Below the pieces are notes generated by a model that saw only the letters and a list, made by a program, of their open reading frames with translations, had not been told where the DNA came from and searched no databases. This document shows positions 13,483 to 26,377 of a stretch of DNA of 64,000 nt, piece by piece. Source of the stretch: Octopus sinensis (lineage: Eukaryota); assembly GCF_006345805.1 (NCBI RefSeq), contig NC_042997.1:116188001-116252000 (forward strand), written 5' to 3'. Each line of letters starts with the position of its first letter. Positions within the stretch are counted from its first letter, which is position 1. Both the position numbers and the translations under genes were made by a program.

Positions 13483-13804
13483 GTCTGGCGAATCAGATTA
13501 TATTTCGAAGTAAGTACGTTAAATCGTGTTGTTTTGTCTTTGTCCAAGGAAGCAACGCTCTGTTAAGAATATCTGCTAGTGTTGGAGCCAAATATTGTCA
13601 TCAAACAAGAAATGTCTTTGTCATTCCGGAAGCTGATGTCAAATCTCCCTCAAATCACATCTTGCATTCTTGAGAAAAACAAAACAAAACAAAACAAAAG
13701 AAAAAAAGACCGAAGTCACTTTGGATAATGGAGTCCTAGGTACACTGTGTTTGAATAAAAGACATGATGGTCATGATTGGAACACTTAGCATTTATCGGT
13801 ATCA

Positions 13805-14025
13805 TGAAAATTGTTCGAAAACAATTATTCGAAATAAATATCATTTGTGTACTTGATTTTTAGTTTTATCATTTTTGTTTAAATAAAATAAAAAAATAAA
13901 AAATTAGAATAATCACCATTTCGTATAATTGTCCTTTTGAATAAATTTCATTCATACAAATTTCCATTCGAATAAATACTTTTCGAATGATTGTTTCCGA
14001 ATAATTGTTTTCAAACAAAGTTCCC
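13805..14025. mobile_element. Small MITE with ~30-bp imperfect terminal inverted repeats
   Basis: gaaaattgttcgaaaacaattattcgaaa versus tttccgaataattgttttcaaacaaagttc; repeated ttcgaa motifs internally. Confidence 0.45.
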
Positions 14026-14265
14026 GTAATCCATTTACCAGTCAATAGACTGTGGCCATGCTGGGGCACCACATTAAAGAATTTTTAGCCGAATGAATCG
14101 ACCACAAATCTTATTTTTTTAAAAAACCTGTTATTTATTATATCGGTTCCTTTAGCCGATCCTCTAAGTTACGAGGACGTAAGCACACAAACACCGGTTA
14201 CACAGACTCAAGGACACACACACGCACACAAAGAAGGCCGTCATATATGTGTGTGTGTGTATATG

Positions 14266-14420
14266 TGTGGCTATGTGTTTAAGAAGCTTGCTTCCCAACC
14301 ACATGGTTCCGGGTTCAGTTCCACTGCGTGGCATCTTGGGCAAATATCTTCTACTATAACCTCGGACCGACCAAAGCCTTGAGACAGGATTTGGTAGATA
14401 GAAACTGGAAGACCGTCGTG

Positions 14421-14456
<36 letters not shown>

Positions 14457-14680
14457 ATATATTATATATATATATATTGTGTGTGTGTGTGTGTGTCCGC
14501 CATCGCTTGTCAACCGATGCTGGTGTGTTTATGTATCCGTAACGTAGCGGTTCGGTAAAAGTAACCGATAGGATAAGTACTAGGCTTACAAAAAATAAGT
14601 CCTGGAGTCAATTCCTTCGACTGACAACCTTTAAGTTGGTGTTCCAACATGACCGCAGTCAAATGACTGAAACAAGTTAA
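14266..14680 (+). mobile_element. Family-B tRNA-derived SINE with internal microsatellite
   Basis: Head ttccgggttcagttccactgcgtggcatcttgggcaa; tail gcagtcaaatgactgaaacaag. Confidence 0.85.
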
Positions 14681-14944
14681 AAAAAAAAGAATATGCACAC
14701 ACACACACACACACACACACCACACACACACACACACACATACGATATACGATGGGCTTCTTTCAGTTTCCATCTCCTAAATCTATTCACAATGCATTGG
14801 CCGGCCTGACTGAGCCTCGCCTTTGTACAATAACAGTTAAAACAATTCAGTGACAAACTAAGAAGAAAACGAAGAATTTACAAGAAACGGGAATTTTTAG
14901 AGTTTGACATAAAATTTGGTTAATTATTGTAATGAAATTCTATC

Positions 14945-15362
14945 CGCTTCAAAAGCTCTCTCTCACTATCCCTCTCTTTCTGTCCTTTCTTCTCTCTCTC
15001 TCTTCCTTTCTCTTTCTCTCTCATTCTCTGTCCCTCTCTTTCTCTCTATCTCTCTGTCTCTCTCTTTGTTTTTACCTTCCTCGCTCTCCCCTCTTCTTTA
15101 TCTCTGTCTTTCTCTCTCTATCTCTTTCTCTCTATCCCTCTCTTTCTGTTCCGCTCTCTCTCCCTCCCCTCATCTCTCTCGTCCCTCCTCTCTCTCTCCT
15201 CTCTCTCCCCTCCCCCTCTTCCCTCATCACTCTGTCACTCTCTCACTCTGTCTCTCTCTCAGTCTCTCTCTCTCTGTCTCTCTCTTCCTTTGTCTCTTTC
15301 TCTCTCACTTTCTCCTCTCTGTCTGTCTCCCTCCTGTCTGTCTGTCTCTCTCTCTCTCTCCC
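14945..15362. repeat. Polypyrimidine (CT-rich) tract
   Basis: Direct reading; source of the S/L-rich ORFs. Confidence 0.9.
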
Positions 15363-15684
15363 GATACAAGGTTGCATTAGAAAGACTTTATATTGAATGA
15401 CGAAGTTACATTTGATGGTGGTGATGGTGGTGGGGATCTCTGCCAATATGTTTAATTTGTTCAGGGTTACGAAAACTCCCACAAAATACGTGATCGTTGG
15501 CATTTATTGCAGCAACTTTATATGTGAACATGTTATTGAATCATTTGCCAGTGATACAAAGCTACCTTAGAAATATTTTAATTAAGGATAAAGTTACGTC
15601 TTATCTCTATGGCACAACTAAAATGTCTAAATGTCGAATATGGTTAGGAAAACTTTCTCAAAATCCATGATCGTTGCTAAAAAT

Positions 15685-16583
15685 CAGTGGGTCTCAACCA
15701 TGCTTTGTCTTTGGATCAATTTGATTCCTATTTTATTCTGGTGGACTCCTTGGTAATTCGATGTTTAGAAAATAGCTTTATAGATACTTCTTTTAAAATT
15801 CTTATTTTGCTCATCATATATTAACTTTTAATAAGAGAGATGGTTAAGCGAGAACATAGATGTTGATGGAGTTGAACGAACAGTCAACTGTTGAGTCACC
15901 AGTTTAGTAAGAGAAATTGTTCAGTATTAGAAAATGAAATTATCAGAAGGAAATTTTGGAGGTTAACATGACAGATTTATTTGAGAGGATAACACGGTGT
16001 ACAAATAAACAAAGGAATGGCGATTTTCACTTGTGTTTAAGGAAGTGTGCGAAGATAGATAATAGTAATCTGATGGCAGAGAAAAGAGTAAAAATCCATA
16101 CGTTGTGTGAAAGAGAAAATGCAATAAGTTGTTTTCAAGTAAATGTATGAGTAATTCATCAGCGTGTCGTGCCGTGTGACCGAAGTCACTGGACAGTTGA
16201 TGATCGCGTGTTAACCTTCCAGCTTCTAGGCAACAACTGCAAGTCTTTTAAGTTTTCTCGCCCTTCGGCTGGGTGGAAGTCGTCGCTGTCGTGTGTACTC
16301 CTCCGCCGCTAGCTTTTAAAGGGTAGAGGAACTCAGTACCAGTGTGTTGTACGCAGGGGCGAAATAGTTTGATTGCCCTGCTACAAACTTGTGTAGGTTG
16401 AACAACGTTAGAGACAGAAACCTGTATTTTTCAATAGTTACATTTAATTAAAAAATCTACACGGACCCTTACAATACTACTGAGGATCCCCAATTTACTA
16501 TTTTGCTAGCATAGCCTTCCCCCACCGGGCCCAAATCTTATATTGACCCCAGGGGTCATATGGGTCCCAGTTGAGAACCACTG
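15685..16583. mobile_element. Non-autonomous hAT-type element (~900 bp)
   Basis: TIRs cagtgggtctcaacc / agttgagaaccactg; degenerate 8-bp TSD ctaaaaat / ctgtaaat. Confidence 0.6.
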
Positions 16584-16657
16584 CTGTAAATCGTTGAAAG
16601 TGGATGTGTGATACAACAGGAAGGAGAATAGACTATCTTAGGAAGCCCTTAATCCAC

Positions 16658-16867
16658 TCTAGTGTAGGCACAAGGCCTGGAATTTTGCGGGGAGGGGATT
16701 AGCCGATTACATCGACCCCAGTGTGTAACTGGTACTTAATTTATCGATCCCGAAATTATGAAAAGCAAAGTCGACCTCGGCGGAATTTGAACTCAGAACG
16801 TAGCGGCAGACGAAATACTGCTAAGTAGTTCACCCTGCATGCTAACGATTCTGCCAGCTCGCCGCCT
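16658..16867 (-). mobile_element. Family-A SINE monomer
   Basis: Consensus match. Confidence 0.85.
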
Positions 16868-17063
16868 CATGGAAGTCTTTCTTTAATGACGATACTACAT
16901 TCTACGGTATGAATGCGTTGAATTGCTGAATACAGGGTTATGAAATCCCTCACGAAATACGTGATTGTTGCCATTAATCATATGTATACGTATACAGAGT
17001 CTGTATGTCTGTTTACGTGTGTGCGTTAGTGTATAAAGGTATATATTTTCATTGTATTATGTA

Positions 17064-17642
17064 AAGGTGGCGAGCTGGCAGAATCGTTAGCACGCCGGGT
17101 GAACTGCTTAGTAGTATTTCGTCTGCTGTTACGTTCTGAGTTCAAATTCCGCCGAGGTTGACTTTGCCTTTCATCCTTTCGGGGTCGATATAATCGACTT
17201 AATCCGTTTGTCTGTCCTTGTTTGTCCCCTCTATGTTTAGCCCCTTGTGGGTAGTCTGTCCTTGTTTGTCCCCTCTATGTTTAGCCCCTTGTGGGTAGTA
17301 AAGAAATAGGTATTTCGTCTGCCGTTACGTTCTGAGTTGAAATTCTGCCGAGGTCGACTTTGCCTTTCATCCTTTCGGGGTCGAGAAATTAAGTACCAGT
17401 TGCGCACTGGGCTTAATATAATCGACTTGATCCGTTTGTCTGTCCTTGTTTGTCCTCTCTGTGTTTAGCCCCTTGTGGGTAGTAAAGAAATATGTTCTGA
17501 GTTCAAATTCCGCCGAAGTCGACTTTACCTTTCATCCTTTCGGGGTCGATAAATTAAGTACTAGTCATGTATCGGGGTCGATGTGATCGACTATTCCTCT
17601 ACCCCCAAAATCCAGACCTTGTGCCTGTAGTAGACAAGGATT
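17064..17642 (+). mobile_element. Family-A SINE tandem multimer (3 core units)
   Basis: Core ttctgagttcaaattccgccgaggtcgac occurs three times; 43-bp tail duplication at about 17210-17300. Confidence 0.85.
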
Positions 17643-17686
17643 ATATTATGTATGTGTGTGTATATATGTATGCAGATGACTAAATT

Positions 17687-17766
<80 letters not shown>

Positions 17767-17789
17767 ATATACACATATACATGCATACA

Positions 17790-18075
17790 CTTCAGAAATT
17801 AGAAAGGAGAAAGCTGATTCGAAGACTACAGATTCAAGCCATCATTGGAACTGAAAATCTATAAAACTTTCCAGAAGTTTATGATTTAAGTATGTATGAA
17901 CATGTCTAGATATGTAAATATGTGCATAAGAAGATCGACATGTATACTGTTGATGTTGTTGAAATTCCAATGAAGGAGCCTTAGATCTAGGTTAAAAACC
18001 AGCTCTTTCTCTATTGGCAAGAAAAAAAAAGCTGAAATGAAATTGCAATAAAACTGAATAATGAGATACATAGTA
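17790..18075 (+). mobile_element. 3' end + UTR of a second R4-like subfamily
   Basis: KLERRKLIRRLQIQAIIGT.(fs)KTFQKFMI*; UTR gttgatgttgttgaaattccaatgaaggagcctt..atctaggtta also at 36915-37045. Confidence 0.65.
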
Positions 18076-18120
18076 TACATAATATATAGTATATTAATAC
18101 GGTTTATATATTTAAGCGAA

Positions 18121-18396
18121 GGGGAATTATGTACATTATTTACATTTGACGGGTATTTGTCCTCATCTTGTTTGATGTTAACACAACGTTTTGGCTGATA
18201 TACCCTCCAGCCTTCTTCAGGTGTCTTGGGGGAAATTTCGAATCTGGGTTCTCATTCCTAAGGTGGTTTACGATGTATTATCATTATTATTGGCGCAGTG
18301 GTTAAGAGCGCGAGCTACTAACCCCCAAGATTCCGAGTTCGATTCCAGGCAGTAACCTGAATAATAATAATAATGATAATAATAATAATAATAATG

Positions 18397-18427
<31 letters not shown>

Positions 18428-18574
18428 TAATAATAAACAACATCGAAAAATACCTTAGGAACGAGAACCCAGGTTCGAAATTTCCCCAAGACACCTGATG
18501 AAGGCTGGAGGGTATATCGGCCGAAACGTTGTGTTAATAAGAAACAAGATGAGGACAAATATCCATCAAATGTA
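18121..18574 (+). mobile_element. tRNA-head + (AAT)n + hammerhead-tail element preceded by an inverted copy of its own tail
   Basis: A-box TGGCGCAGTGG (18291), B-box GTTCGATTCC (18337); tail 18436-18574; inverted tail copy 18121-18290. Confidence 0.75.
18490..18535 (+). ncRNA. Minimal type I hammerhead ribozyme motif (Penelope-type)
   Basis: Stem I gacac/gtgtt; core CUGAUGA; extra A; stem II ggctg/cggcc; GAAA; palindromic stem III ACGU; GUU triplet. Confidence 0.7.
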
Positions 18575-19092
18575 CGAGGTAAATAATACTCTTTTACTTG
18601 TTTCCGTCATTTTGACTGCGGCCATGCTGGAGCACCGCCTTTAGTCGAGCAAATCGACCCCAGGACTTATTCTTTGTAATGTAAATAGTATATTATTGAA
18701 ACTAATACTTGGATCGTGAGACAATGGCGTGTAATGCAGTAGATGTAATTATTTATAAATAACCGTGATTGCATAACGATTCATGCATTGTTCTGAATAC
18801 TTATGACTCTGACGATCGATTATCTGAAACACCAAGTAAAAGTTAATGATTTCTTTTCAGCGTCAGTAAACACGATTTTGCTCTTACATTTGTTATTTAA
18901 GTTCTACTTCGTCCACCTTGTTTTGCACCTATGTTCTCACATGTATGCATATGCATATATATGCATGTATGGTTCATACTTTCATCGAGGAAGCAGCTGA
19001 TTTCTTACAAAAAGTACAAAGATCCATTGCCGGAATGCAGATAACAAAAACAATGTCACGTTTTAAACTTGAGAAAAGTCTTGCATAGTTTT

Positions 19093-19663
19093 ACAAGGCC
19101 GAAATTGTTTTTTAGTGGGAAGAGATCCAGTCGATTAGATCAACCCCAGTATACAACTGTTACTTAATTTATCGACCCCGAAAGGATGAAAGGCAAAGTC
19201 GACATCGGCGGAATTTCAACTCAGAACGTAACGGCAGACGAAATACCTATTTCTTTATTACCCACAAGGGGCTAAACATAGAGGGGACAAACAAGGACAG
19301 ACAAACGGATTAAGTCGATTATATCGAGCCCAGTGCGTAACTGGTATTTAATTTAACGACCCCGAAAGAATTAGAGGCAAAGTCAACCTCAGCGGAATTT
19401 GAACTCAGAACGTAGCGGCAAACGAAATACCTATTTCTTTATAACCCACAAGGGGCTAAACACAGAGAGAACAGACAAGGACAGACATAGGTATTAAGTC
19501 GATTACATCGACCCCAGTGCGTAACTGGTACTTAATTTATCGACCCCGAAAGGATGAAAGGCAAAGTCGACCTCGGCGGAATTTGAACTCACAACGTAAT
19601 GGCAGCTGAAATACCGCTAAGCATTTCGCCCGGCATGTTAACGATTCTGCCAGCTCGCCGCCT
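19093..19663 (-). mobile_element. Family-A SINE tandem multimer (3 core units)
   Basis: Three cores separated by the acccacaaggggctaaaca..ggacagac tail. Confidence 0.85.
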
Positions 19664-19667
19664 ACAT

Positions 19668-20180
19668 ACTTTTTACTGTTCCGCTTAGGGATTGTATGTG
19701 TAATATGCGAGTCATTTGGTTGATTTCTTTTCCTGGAAAACCTTGGTCTATCCACATTGTCACTTAGGCATTTACTCACATAACCGAGTGCACCAATTAT
19801 TATTAATAGAAATATGAATTTATAATCTGGATACAGAAGCTGGAGGTTTCAAAGCGGCTGTCCATACATATCCTCTTTCCCTTTGATTTTCAAAGAGATA
19901 TTCACATCCAGAGAGCAGCTGACGGTAATACTTTTTCTTGTCTGTCCCAAACAGCAATATCCGCCCTGTTATGATTACACTTGACAGACGTTTTGAGGGG
20001 ACTCTTCCCCCACTATTTCTTATGTTGATGTTTGTGTACATATTCAACAACAGGAGGATTCTCCATATTTATTCCAGGATAGTCTTTCTTTTCCTGCTGG
20101 CATTGTACGTTGGTTTTGCGACAACATTGTGTCGCCTAGAGTGGTAGTCTATTGATGACATCTTTGGACAGCTGCTATGT
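19668..20180 (-). mobile_element. R4-like endonuclease-domain fragment (second subfamily), frameshifted
   Basis: RRHNVVAK..PPVVEYVHKH..PLKTSVKCNHNRADIAVWDRQEK..SCSLDVNISLKIKGKEDMYG..LQLLYPDYKF..IIGALGYV; 5' end abuts (GTAT)n at 20177-20230. Confidence 0.75.
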
Positions 20181-20234
20181 ATGTATGTATGTATGTATGT
20201 ATGTATGTATGTATGTATGTATGTATGTATATGA

Positions 20235-20277
<43 letters not shown>

Positions 20278-20504
20278 TTTAAAAAAAAAAGGAGGAAAAC
20301 GCGACAAGAAACAACAACAGCGCTAGGACGTGGTGCATGCAAAGTATTAGCAGACGCTCAAGGAAGGAAAGTAAAGTAGTTTTACGTTTCGAGCAGAGCT
20401 CTTTGTCAGAAACAGGAGATGGAGGAAAGTTCAAGAGAAAAGGAAGACTGAGGAAAAAAATCGCCAACGATCCCCATGTGGTTACATTTTGAATATATAT
20501 ATAC

Positions 20505-20594
<90 letters not shown>

Positions 20595-20799
20595 GTAATG
20601 TATGTATGTATGTATGTATACATACATACACTTAGATATAATAGACGTGCGTGTGTGTATGGGAACATTATACATCAGTGAGAAAACCGAAAAGCTGGTG
20701 AGCTACGAATGAAGTCCCTTCAATATGTGGTCCGCATTGGGTTACAAACACTCCCTTGACACTCTCATTACTACAAATTACTACAAGGAACCAGTGATT

Positions 20800-21150
20800 T
20801 TTTTCCCGAGGTCGACTTTGCCTTTCATCCTTTCGCGGTCGATTAAATAAGTACCAGTTACGCACTGGGGTCGATGTAATCGACTTAATCCTTTTGTCTG
20901 TCCTTGTTTTCCCCTCTATGTTTAGCCCCTTGTGGGCAATAAAAAAATAAGAAACGTCAGCATGCCGAGCGAAATGCTTAGCAGTATTTCGTCTGTCTTT
21001 ACATTCTGAGTTCAAATTCCGCCGAGGTCGACTTTGCCTTTCATCCTTTCAAGGTAATATAAATTAAGTACCAGTTTCGTACTGGAGCCGATCTAATCGA
21101 CTGGCCCCTTCCCTCCAAATTTCGGGCCTTATGCCTTGAGTAGAAAATAA
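20800..21150 (+). mobile_element. Family-A SINE dimer
   Basis: Two cores with tail 1 then tail 2. Confidence 0.8.
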
Positions 21151-21369
21151 TATATTACATTAGACCACGAATCGCTACACTAATCTTACACTCTCCCGTA
21201 ATAAACAACAAAACACTGCAACACCCTGCACGATAAAAGCAGTTCATTTTTGCCTTTGGTCAAATGTCTGATCTCCGAGATTAACTGTCTGATAGCACCG
21301 ATTGATTGCAAACTTGTTGATTGACTTTTCTAAATATATATATTTATGCATTAACACCCCGCCTCACCC

Positions 21370-21890
21370 ACCTCTCTCTTTCCGTTTATCTTTCTTTTTC
21401 TTTCTTTCTCTCCTTTTTTCTTTCTTTCTTTCTCTCCTTTCTTTCTGTTTTTCTCTTTCTTTTTTGTTTCTTTCTTTGTCTTTCTTTCTTTCTTTCTCTC
21501 CTTTCTTTCCTTCTTTCCTTCTTTCTTTGTCTTTCTTTCTCTCCTTTCTTTCTTTCTTTCTTTCTTTATTTCTCTATCTTTCTCTCCTTTCTTTCTGTTT
21601 TTCTCTTTCTTTTTTGTTTCTTTCTTTCCTTCTTTCGTTCTTTCTTTTTTTCTCTCTTTCTCTTCTTTCTTTCTTTCTTTCTTTTTCTTTTCGTACCTTT
21701 CTCTATTTCGTTCTTTCTCAATTTTGCTTTCCTTCCTTCCTTCCTTCTTTCCCTTCCTCTCTCTCTCTCTTCCTTCCTTCCTTCCTTTCTTTTTATTTTC
21801 CTCTCACGTTGTTTCCTCCTCTCTCCCCCTCTCTCTCCTCCTCCACCTCTCTGTTTTTTCTTTCTCCTCACCTTCCATCTTTGTACGTCT
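21370..21890. repeat. Polypyrimidine (TC/TTTC)n tract with internal ~60-bp duplication
   Basis: Direct reading; source of the F/S/L ORFs 21302-22136. Confidence 0.9.
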
Positions 21891-23251
21891 CACTTTTTAT
21901 TATTGCCTCACTTAATCCACAGCACACTGCAATACCCTACCTCCATGCGGCATAGATCCCTTCCAATCGGGTACAACAAACACCCTGCTCCATATACCGC
22001 CAGGAACAACGATAAACTACCCAAAATGGAACACAATCTGAACCTCTCTGCATATACAGGCATAAATATATGCTTCTCTGGAGTAGCCGGAAACAATAAT
22101 AAAACAAGTTCAAATATATTTCCATGCTTTACGTAATAAATTATATTTAGTGTGACTCAACAGAGATTTCACAAATAAATAGCAGACAGCTCGCGGTTAA
22201 AGAATAAATAGAGATACACGAGGGGGAGAGAGAAAGTAAAAGAAGAAAGTCTAGTTGTTCTTTATTGCTATTTTTTTTTTTATCAGAAGGAAGTAAATAT
22301 GTAAAAGAGAAAAGAATAAATATGAGAGAAACTAACGAAACGATGAAAGGTAATGAAACGTGATGATGTGAATGCAAGCGAAAATCTTTAAAAGAATTAT
22401 AGTCGAAATTGTCCTGCGGCTGAGAAAGGAAGGATTAATGTGGGACGTTAGAGAAAGTAACTGAGTGTTGCGGCCCTGCAGAACCTGGTTCAGGAACTTT
22501 CAGCTTATAGCAGTGAAGCTTGATGCTTGTAATTAGCTATTGATTTTCTTCGTTTTTTGTTGGTTTTTTTTTTTAGTTGATATTTAAGTGGTAGGCTAGC
22601 AAAAATGAACGACCTTAATTGATTACAGCAATCAAATTAGACGGCAAAACAAAAGTGACAAAAGTGAAAATGAAACAACGAAAGAAAGAAAGAGAAAAAG
22701 AAGAAGGGAAAAGAAATGAAAAACAGTAAGTTAATTCATGTTAACTAAAATTAGAAGTGATGTGAGATAAGTAATAAAAAATGAGCCGCATAAATGCAGA
22801 AGGTGAAGAGAAAAAGAATAGGCAGAGAGAGACACAAGGACAGAGGGAGACGAAGAAAGGGTGAGATAAAGAGAGGTAGAAAAAAAGAAAGAGAGTGAGG
22901 TTAATGAATATATGTTTATAAAAGTCAATTAACAAGTTTGTAGGTAATCTATACTAACAAGACAGTTAACCTTGAAGATGAAACATTTGACCGAAGGAGG
23001 AGATGAGCCAACGATCCGTTGAATGCGATCAATGTGTGTTTGTCAAGATACACAAATATTAAACGTGGATGATTTTCTAAAGCCGTTGACTTTTGGTTTT
23101 TATTTGCGGCTCACTTGAGCAAGGGATATCGAGATACCAGGAGATATCTAGATATACCAGATGTACCAGATGAACCACAGATGTTTTGAAATACAATTCA
23201 AGACTTTTGATTATTGTCTTGAAAAACGTTTATAATTTCGTTAAACGCAAG

Positions 23252-23560
23252 TCAAGGCACGTGGTTTAGAGGTTATGTCATTTGGCTCATGATCTTAAGG
23301 TCCTGAGTTCGATTCCTGGCTGAGCACTGTGTCTTTGAGCAAGGTACTCTATTTCCCGCTGCTCCAGTTCACTCAGCTGACAAAAATGAGTAGTACCTGT
23401 ATTTCAAAGGACCAGCCTTATCATATGCTGAATCTCACTGAGAACTACGTTAAGGGTACACGTGTCTGTGGAGTACTCAACCACTTGCACGTTAAACTTC
23501 ATGAGCAGGCAGTTCCGTTGATCAGATCAACAGGAACACCGACGGAGAACCAGAATACTT
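23252..23560 (+). mobile_element. Family-C tRNA-derived SINE
   Basis: gtggtttagagg..ctgagttcgattcctgg..gtgtctttgagcaagg..cactcagctgacaaaaatgagtag; reverse copy at 37150-37436. Confidence 0.7.
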
Positions 23561-23734
23561 AAGTATAGGTGTAGGCATGGCTATGTGGTTACGTAGCTCA
23601 GTCCCACTTGTGGTACGTCGGGCAAGTGTCTTCTACTGTACCACACTCCCCGGACAGACCAATGGGACTGAATCTGAGACACAGACACTGTCGGAAACTC
23701 GCCATTACACACGCACACACATACTTTTTTAAAT

Positions 23735-24120
23735 ACTCTTTTACTTCTTTCAGTCATTTGACGGCGGCCATGCTGGAACATGCCCTTTAGTCGAAGAAAT
23801 CGACACCAGGACTTATTCTTTATAAGCCTAATACTTATTTTATCAGTCTCTTTTGCCGAACCGCTAAGTTTCGGGGACGTAAACACACTAACATCGGTTA
23901 TCTAGTGATGGTGGGCGGGGTCAAGCACAAACAGACAAATACATAATACGTATATATAAACGACAAGCTTCTTTCAGTTTCCGTCTACCAAATCCACTCA
24001 CAAGGCTTTGGTCGGCCCGAGGCTATGGTAGAAGACATCTGCCCAAGATTCCACGCAGTGGGACTGAACCCAGAACCATGTGGTTGGGAAGCAAGCTACT
24101 TACCATACAGCCACTCCTGC
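23735..24120 (-). mobile_element. Family-B SINE, near full length
   Basis: Consensus match. Confidence 0.85.
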
Positions 24121-24156
<36 letters not shown>

Positions 24157-24158
<2 letters not shown>

Positions 24159-24646
24159 GTAAATCCTCGAGTATAGTCCGCTCTTGAGTATAATACGCTG
24201 GGGATTTTTAGGGGGCTGTACCTCTGAAAAACCTAAAACTTGTGTACAATACGCACCCCTTCTCTCCTTGGTTTCTAAAACTGTATACAGTAACGTACTT
24301 TATCATTATTGTATATATTATATAATGCAAACGTGTTACATTTTTGTGCATTTTGTTTGCAGAAAATAAAGATATAACAGTAATAATAGTAATAACGTTT
24401 AGTAAATATTACTTATTGCAAATTATGGATGATTCTTTTACGACTTCATTGCTTTCAGGCTTAGCTTAAGGTATTTTCGTGCCCGACATCACAAAATGCG
24501 TCTGAATAAACATTGCCGGACAGCAAATAGAGACTCGAACATTGCTTAGAAAATAATTTTATTTTTAACCTTGTGTATAATACGCACTAGGGATTTTCAC
24601 CTTTAAATTTCGGGGGAAAATGCGGATTATACTCGAGGATTTATGG
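24157..24646. mobile_element. Tc1/mariner (pogo/Tigger-like) MITE
   Basis: 25-bp TIRs ccgtaaatcctcgagtatagtccgc / gcggattatactcgaggatttatgg (2 mismatches); TA TSD on both sides. Confidence 0.85.
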
Positions 24647-25202
24647 TACACACACACACACACACATACATGTATGTGCGTGTTTGTGTTTGTTCCTTAA
24701 CGCTTGGCTACTAGTAAAGATTTCTTAGCAGGTCGGCAAAAAGAGACTGATACATTAAGCACATAAAAAAAGTTACTTACTGCAGGAGTGGTGGTGGTGG
24801 TGGTGGTGGGGGCCGTATTTAATCAGCTAAAAATTTTGAAAGTATGGCCGCATTTTGATGACGGAAAGAAGTAAAGGAACAAAAGAATGGTTTTCTTTAT
24901 TTTTTATTATGTTATTTAGCTTTAAAACATAATCCATGTGTCTATGTCTTTTACTATTTCTTGTGAACTGTATTGTTATCTTTCCTGTTTGATTCTCAGA
25001 GCTTTACGAAATATGGCGGACACCAGACAGTTGGTGTATACAAAAAATTGTCAATTCTCATCTTGGTGATTAAAGATGTAAATAAAAATTCATGAATAAT
25101 AAAACGAATATATTCAGCTTATAAATTCTCTCGTTAGTTTTATTTGTCTTGCTTTAGATGCTTTAGAATCTTCATGATTCTTTCATCATTACTTTAGCAA
25201 AT

Positions 25203-25593
25203 ACTAGCAATATCGCTCGGTGTTTCTCGAGTTTGTTTCAACCCTTTAGAATTGGAATTTTTGAAAAGTAAAAATTTTTCATTATGTAGCTTGTTATTCT
25301 CTTTAAGTGAACATTTTTCTGGTTGAAATACACCAAAAAATGACGACACTACAGTAAAAAAATCGTAAAAAATACGGATTTTCATAGAAAAAAAGCACCA
25401 TTTTGATGTAAATAATTTTTGATAACATGATTCGATTTGAATTTTTTCTTCTACGGAAGGAAGAGCAAGCCTTCTTCTATCATACTCTCAATTTTGGTCA
25501 ATTTGCGCCGCAGGGTCTCGGAGGAGATAGTGTTAGTTGAAGACTACCAAACCTGCCATACACAGACAACTTCAGCTTTATCTAGAGAGAGAT
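25203..25593 (+). mobile_element. Helentron-associated (HINE/DINE-like) non-autonomous element, copy 1
   Basis: 5' actag..subterminal hairpin; 3' cagacaacttcagcttta..gagat; closely similar to 38644-39036. Confidence 0.7.
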
Positions 25594-26318
25594 AGTGAAG
25601 TTTATGAACTACTGACAAGGCCATAATAATGCTGAAACGTGACTCGAGTTGTCTCTCAAACTACTTGCGGCTATTTGCAGCCAGATTAATTAGAACATCA
25701 AGGGTTGCATGTCTATGTTTAAGACAAAGAGCTGATGTTTCTATGTATAACATCGACCGTTCGGCCAGAAAACTGGCGTCTATCAATTCGAACAGGTGTG
25801 ATCTACGTCATAGATATTGAGTAGATATTCTCATCATATTCTGTATGTAGCCACCATGTCTGCCTGATCAAGAAAATTTAAAACTATGTTATTACTCTAA
25901 GATATTCTGTCGATGAGTTATCTGTAAGGTTAATATTTCAATATTTACTTTTCTTCATTGAAGTTATTTTCCATCAACTGTCACTAAGAAAAGTGTTCTG
26001 TACCGGAGACTGTGGGAGAAGAATTGCTGTTAGATAAACCTGTAATGACTTAATGTAAATTATTGATGGACGTGGGGTTAGCCGTTGGTTCAATTTAATT
26101 ATTTTAACATTACAGTGATGTTGGCAATATACTAAGGCGTTTCTTCAGCTCGTTTTGAGAAGCTTAGTTCAACTACAAGTTTATTTTCTCAGGAGAGAAA
26201 AGTTTAATTTAGTCAGGTATTTCGATTAATCGAGGTCAAAATTTCGTTTAGTTCAAATGGAAGTTTAAATTACTCTTGGGGAAAATTACAATTACTCGAA
26301 ACACTTAAGATTAGCTTA

Positions 26319-26377
<59 letters not shown>

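Noticed and set aside
21960-22090. Minus-strand segment GAGCLLYPIG reminiscent of LHFPL-type TM motif
   Set aside because: Lacks the conserved GW; similarity too weak.
21302-22136. 217- and 271-aa hydrophobic ORFs resembling membrane proteins
   Set aside because: They translate a (TC/TTTC)n polypyrimidine tract; no domain signal. The same applies to 14916-15396 and 58847-59329.
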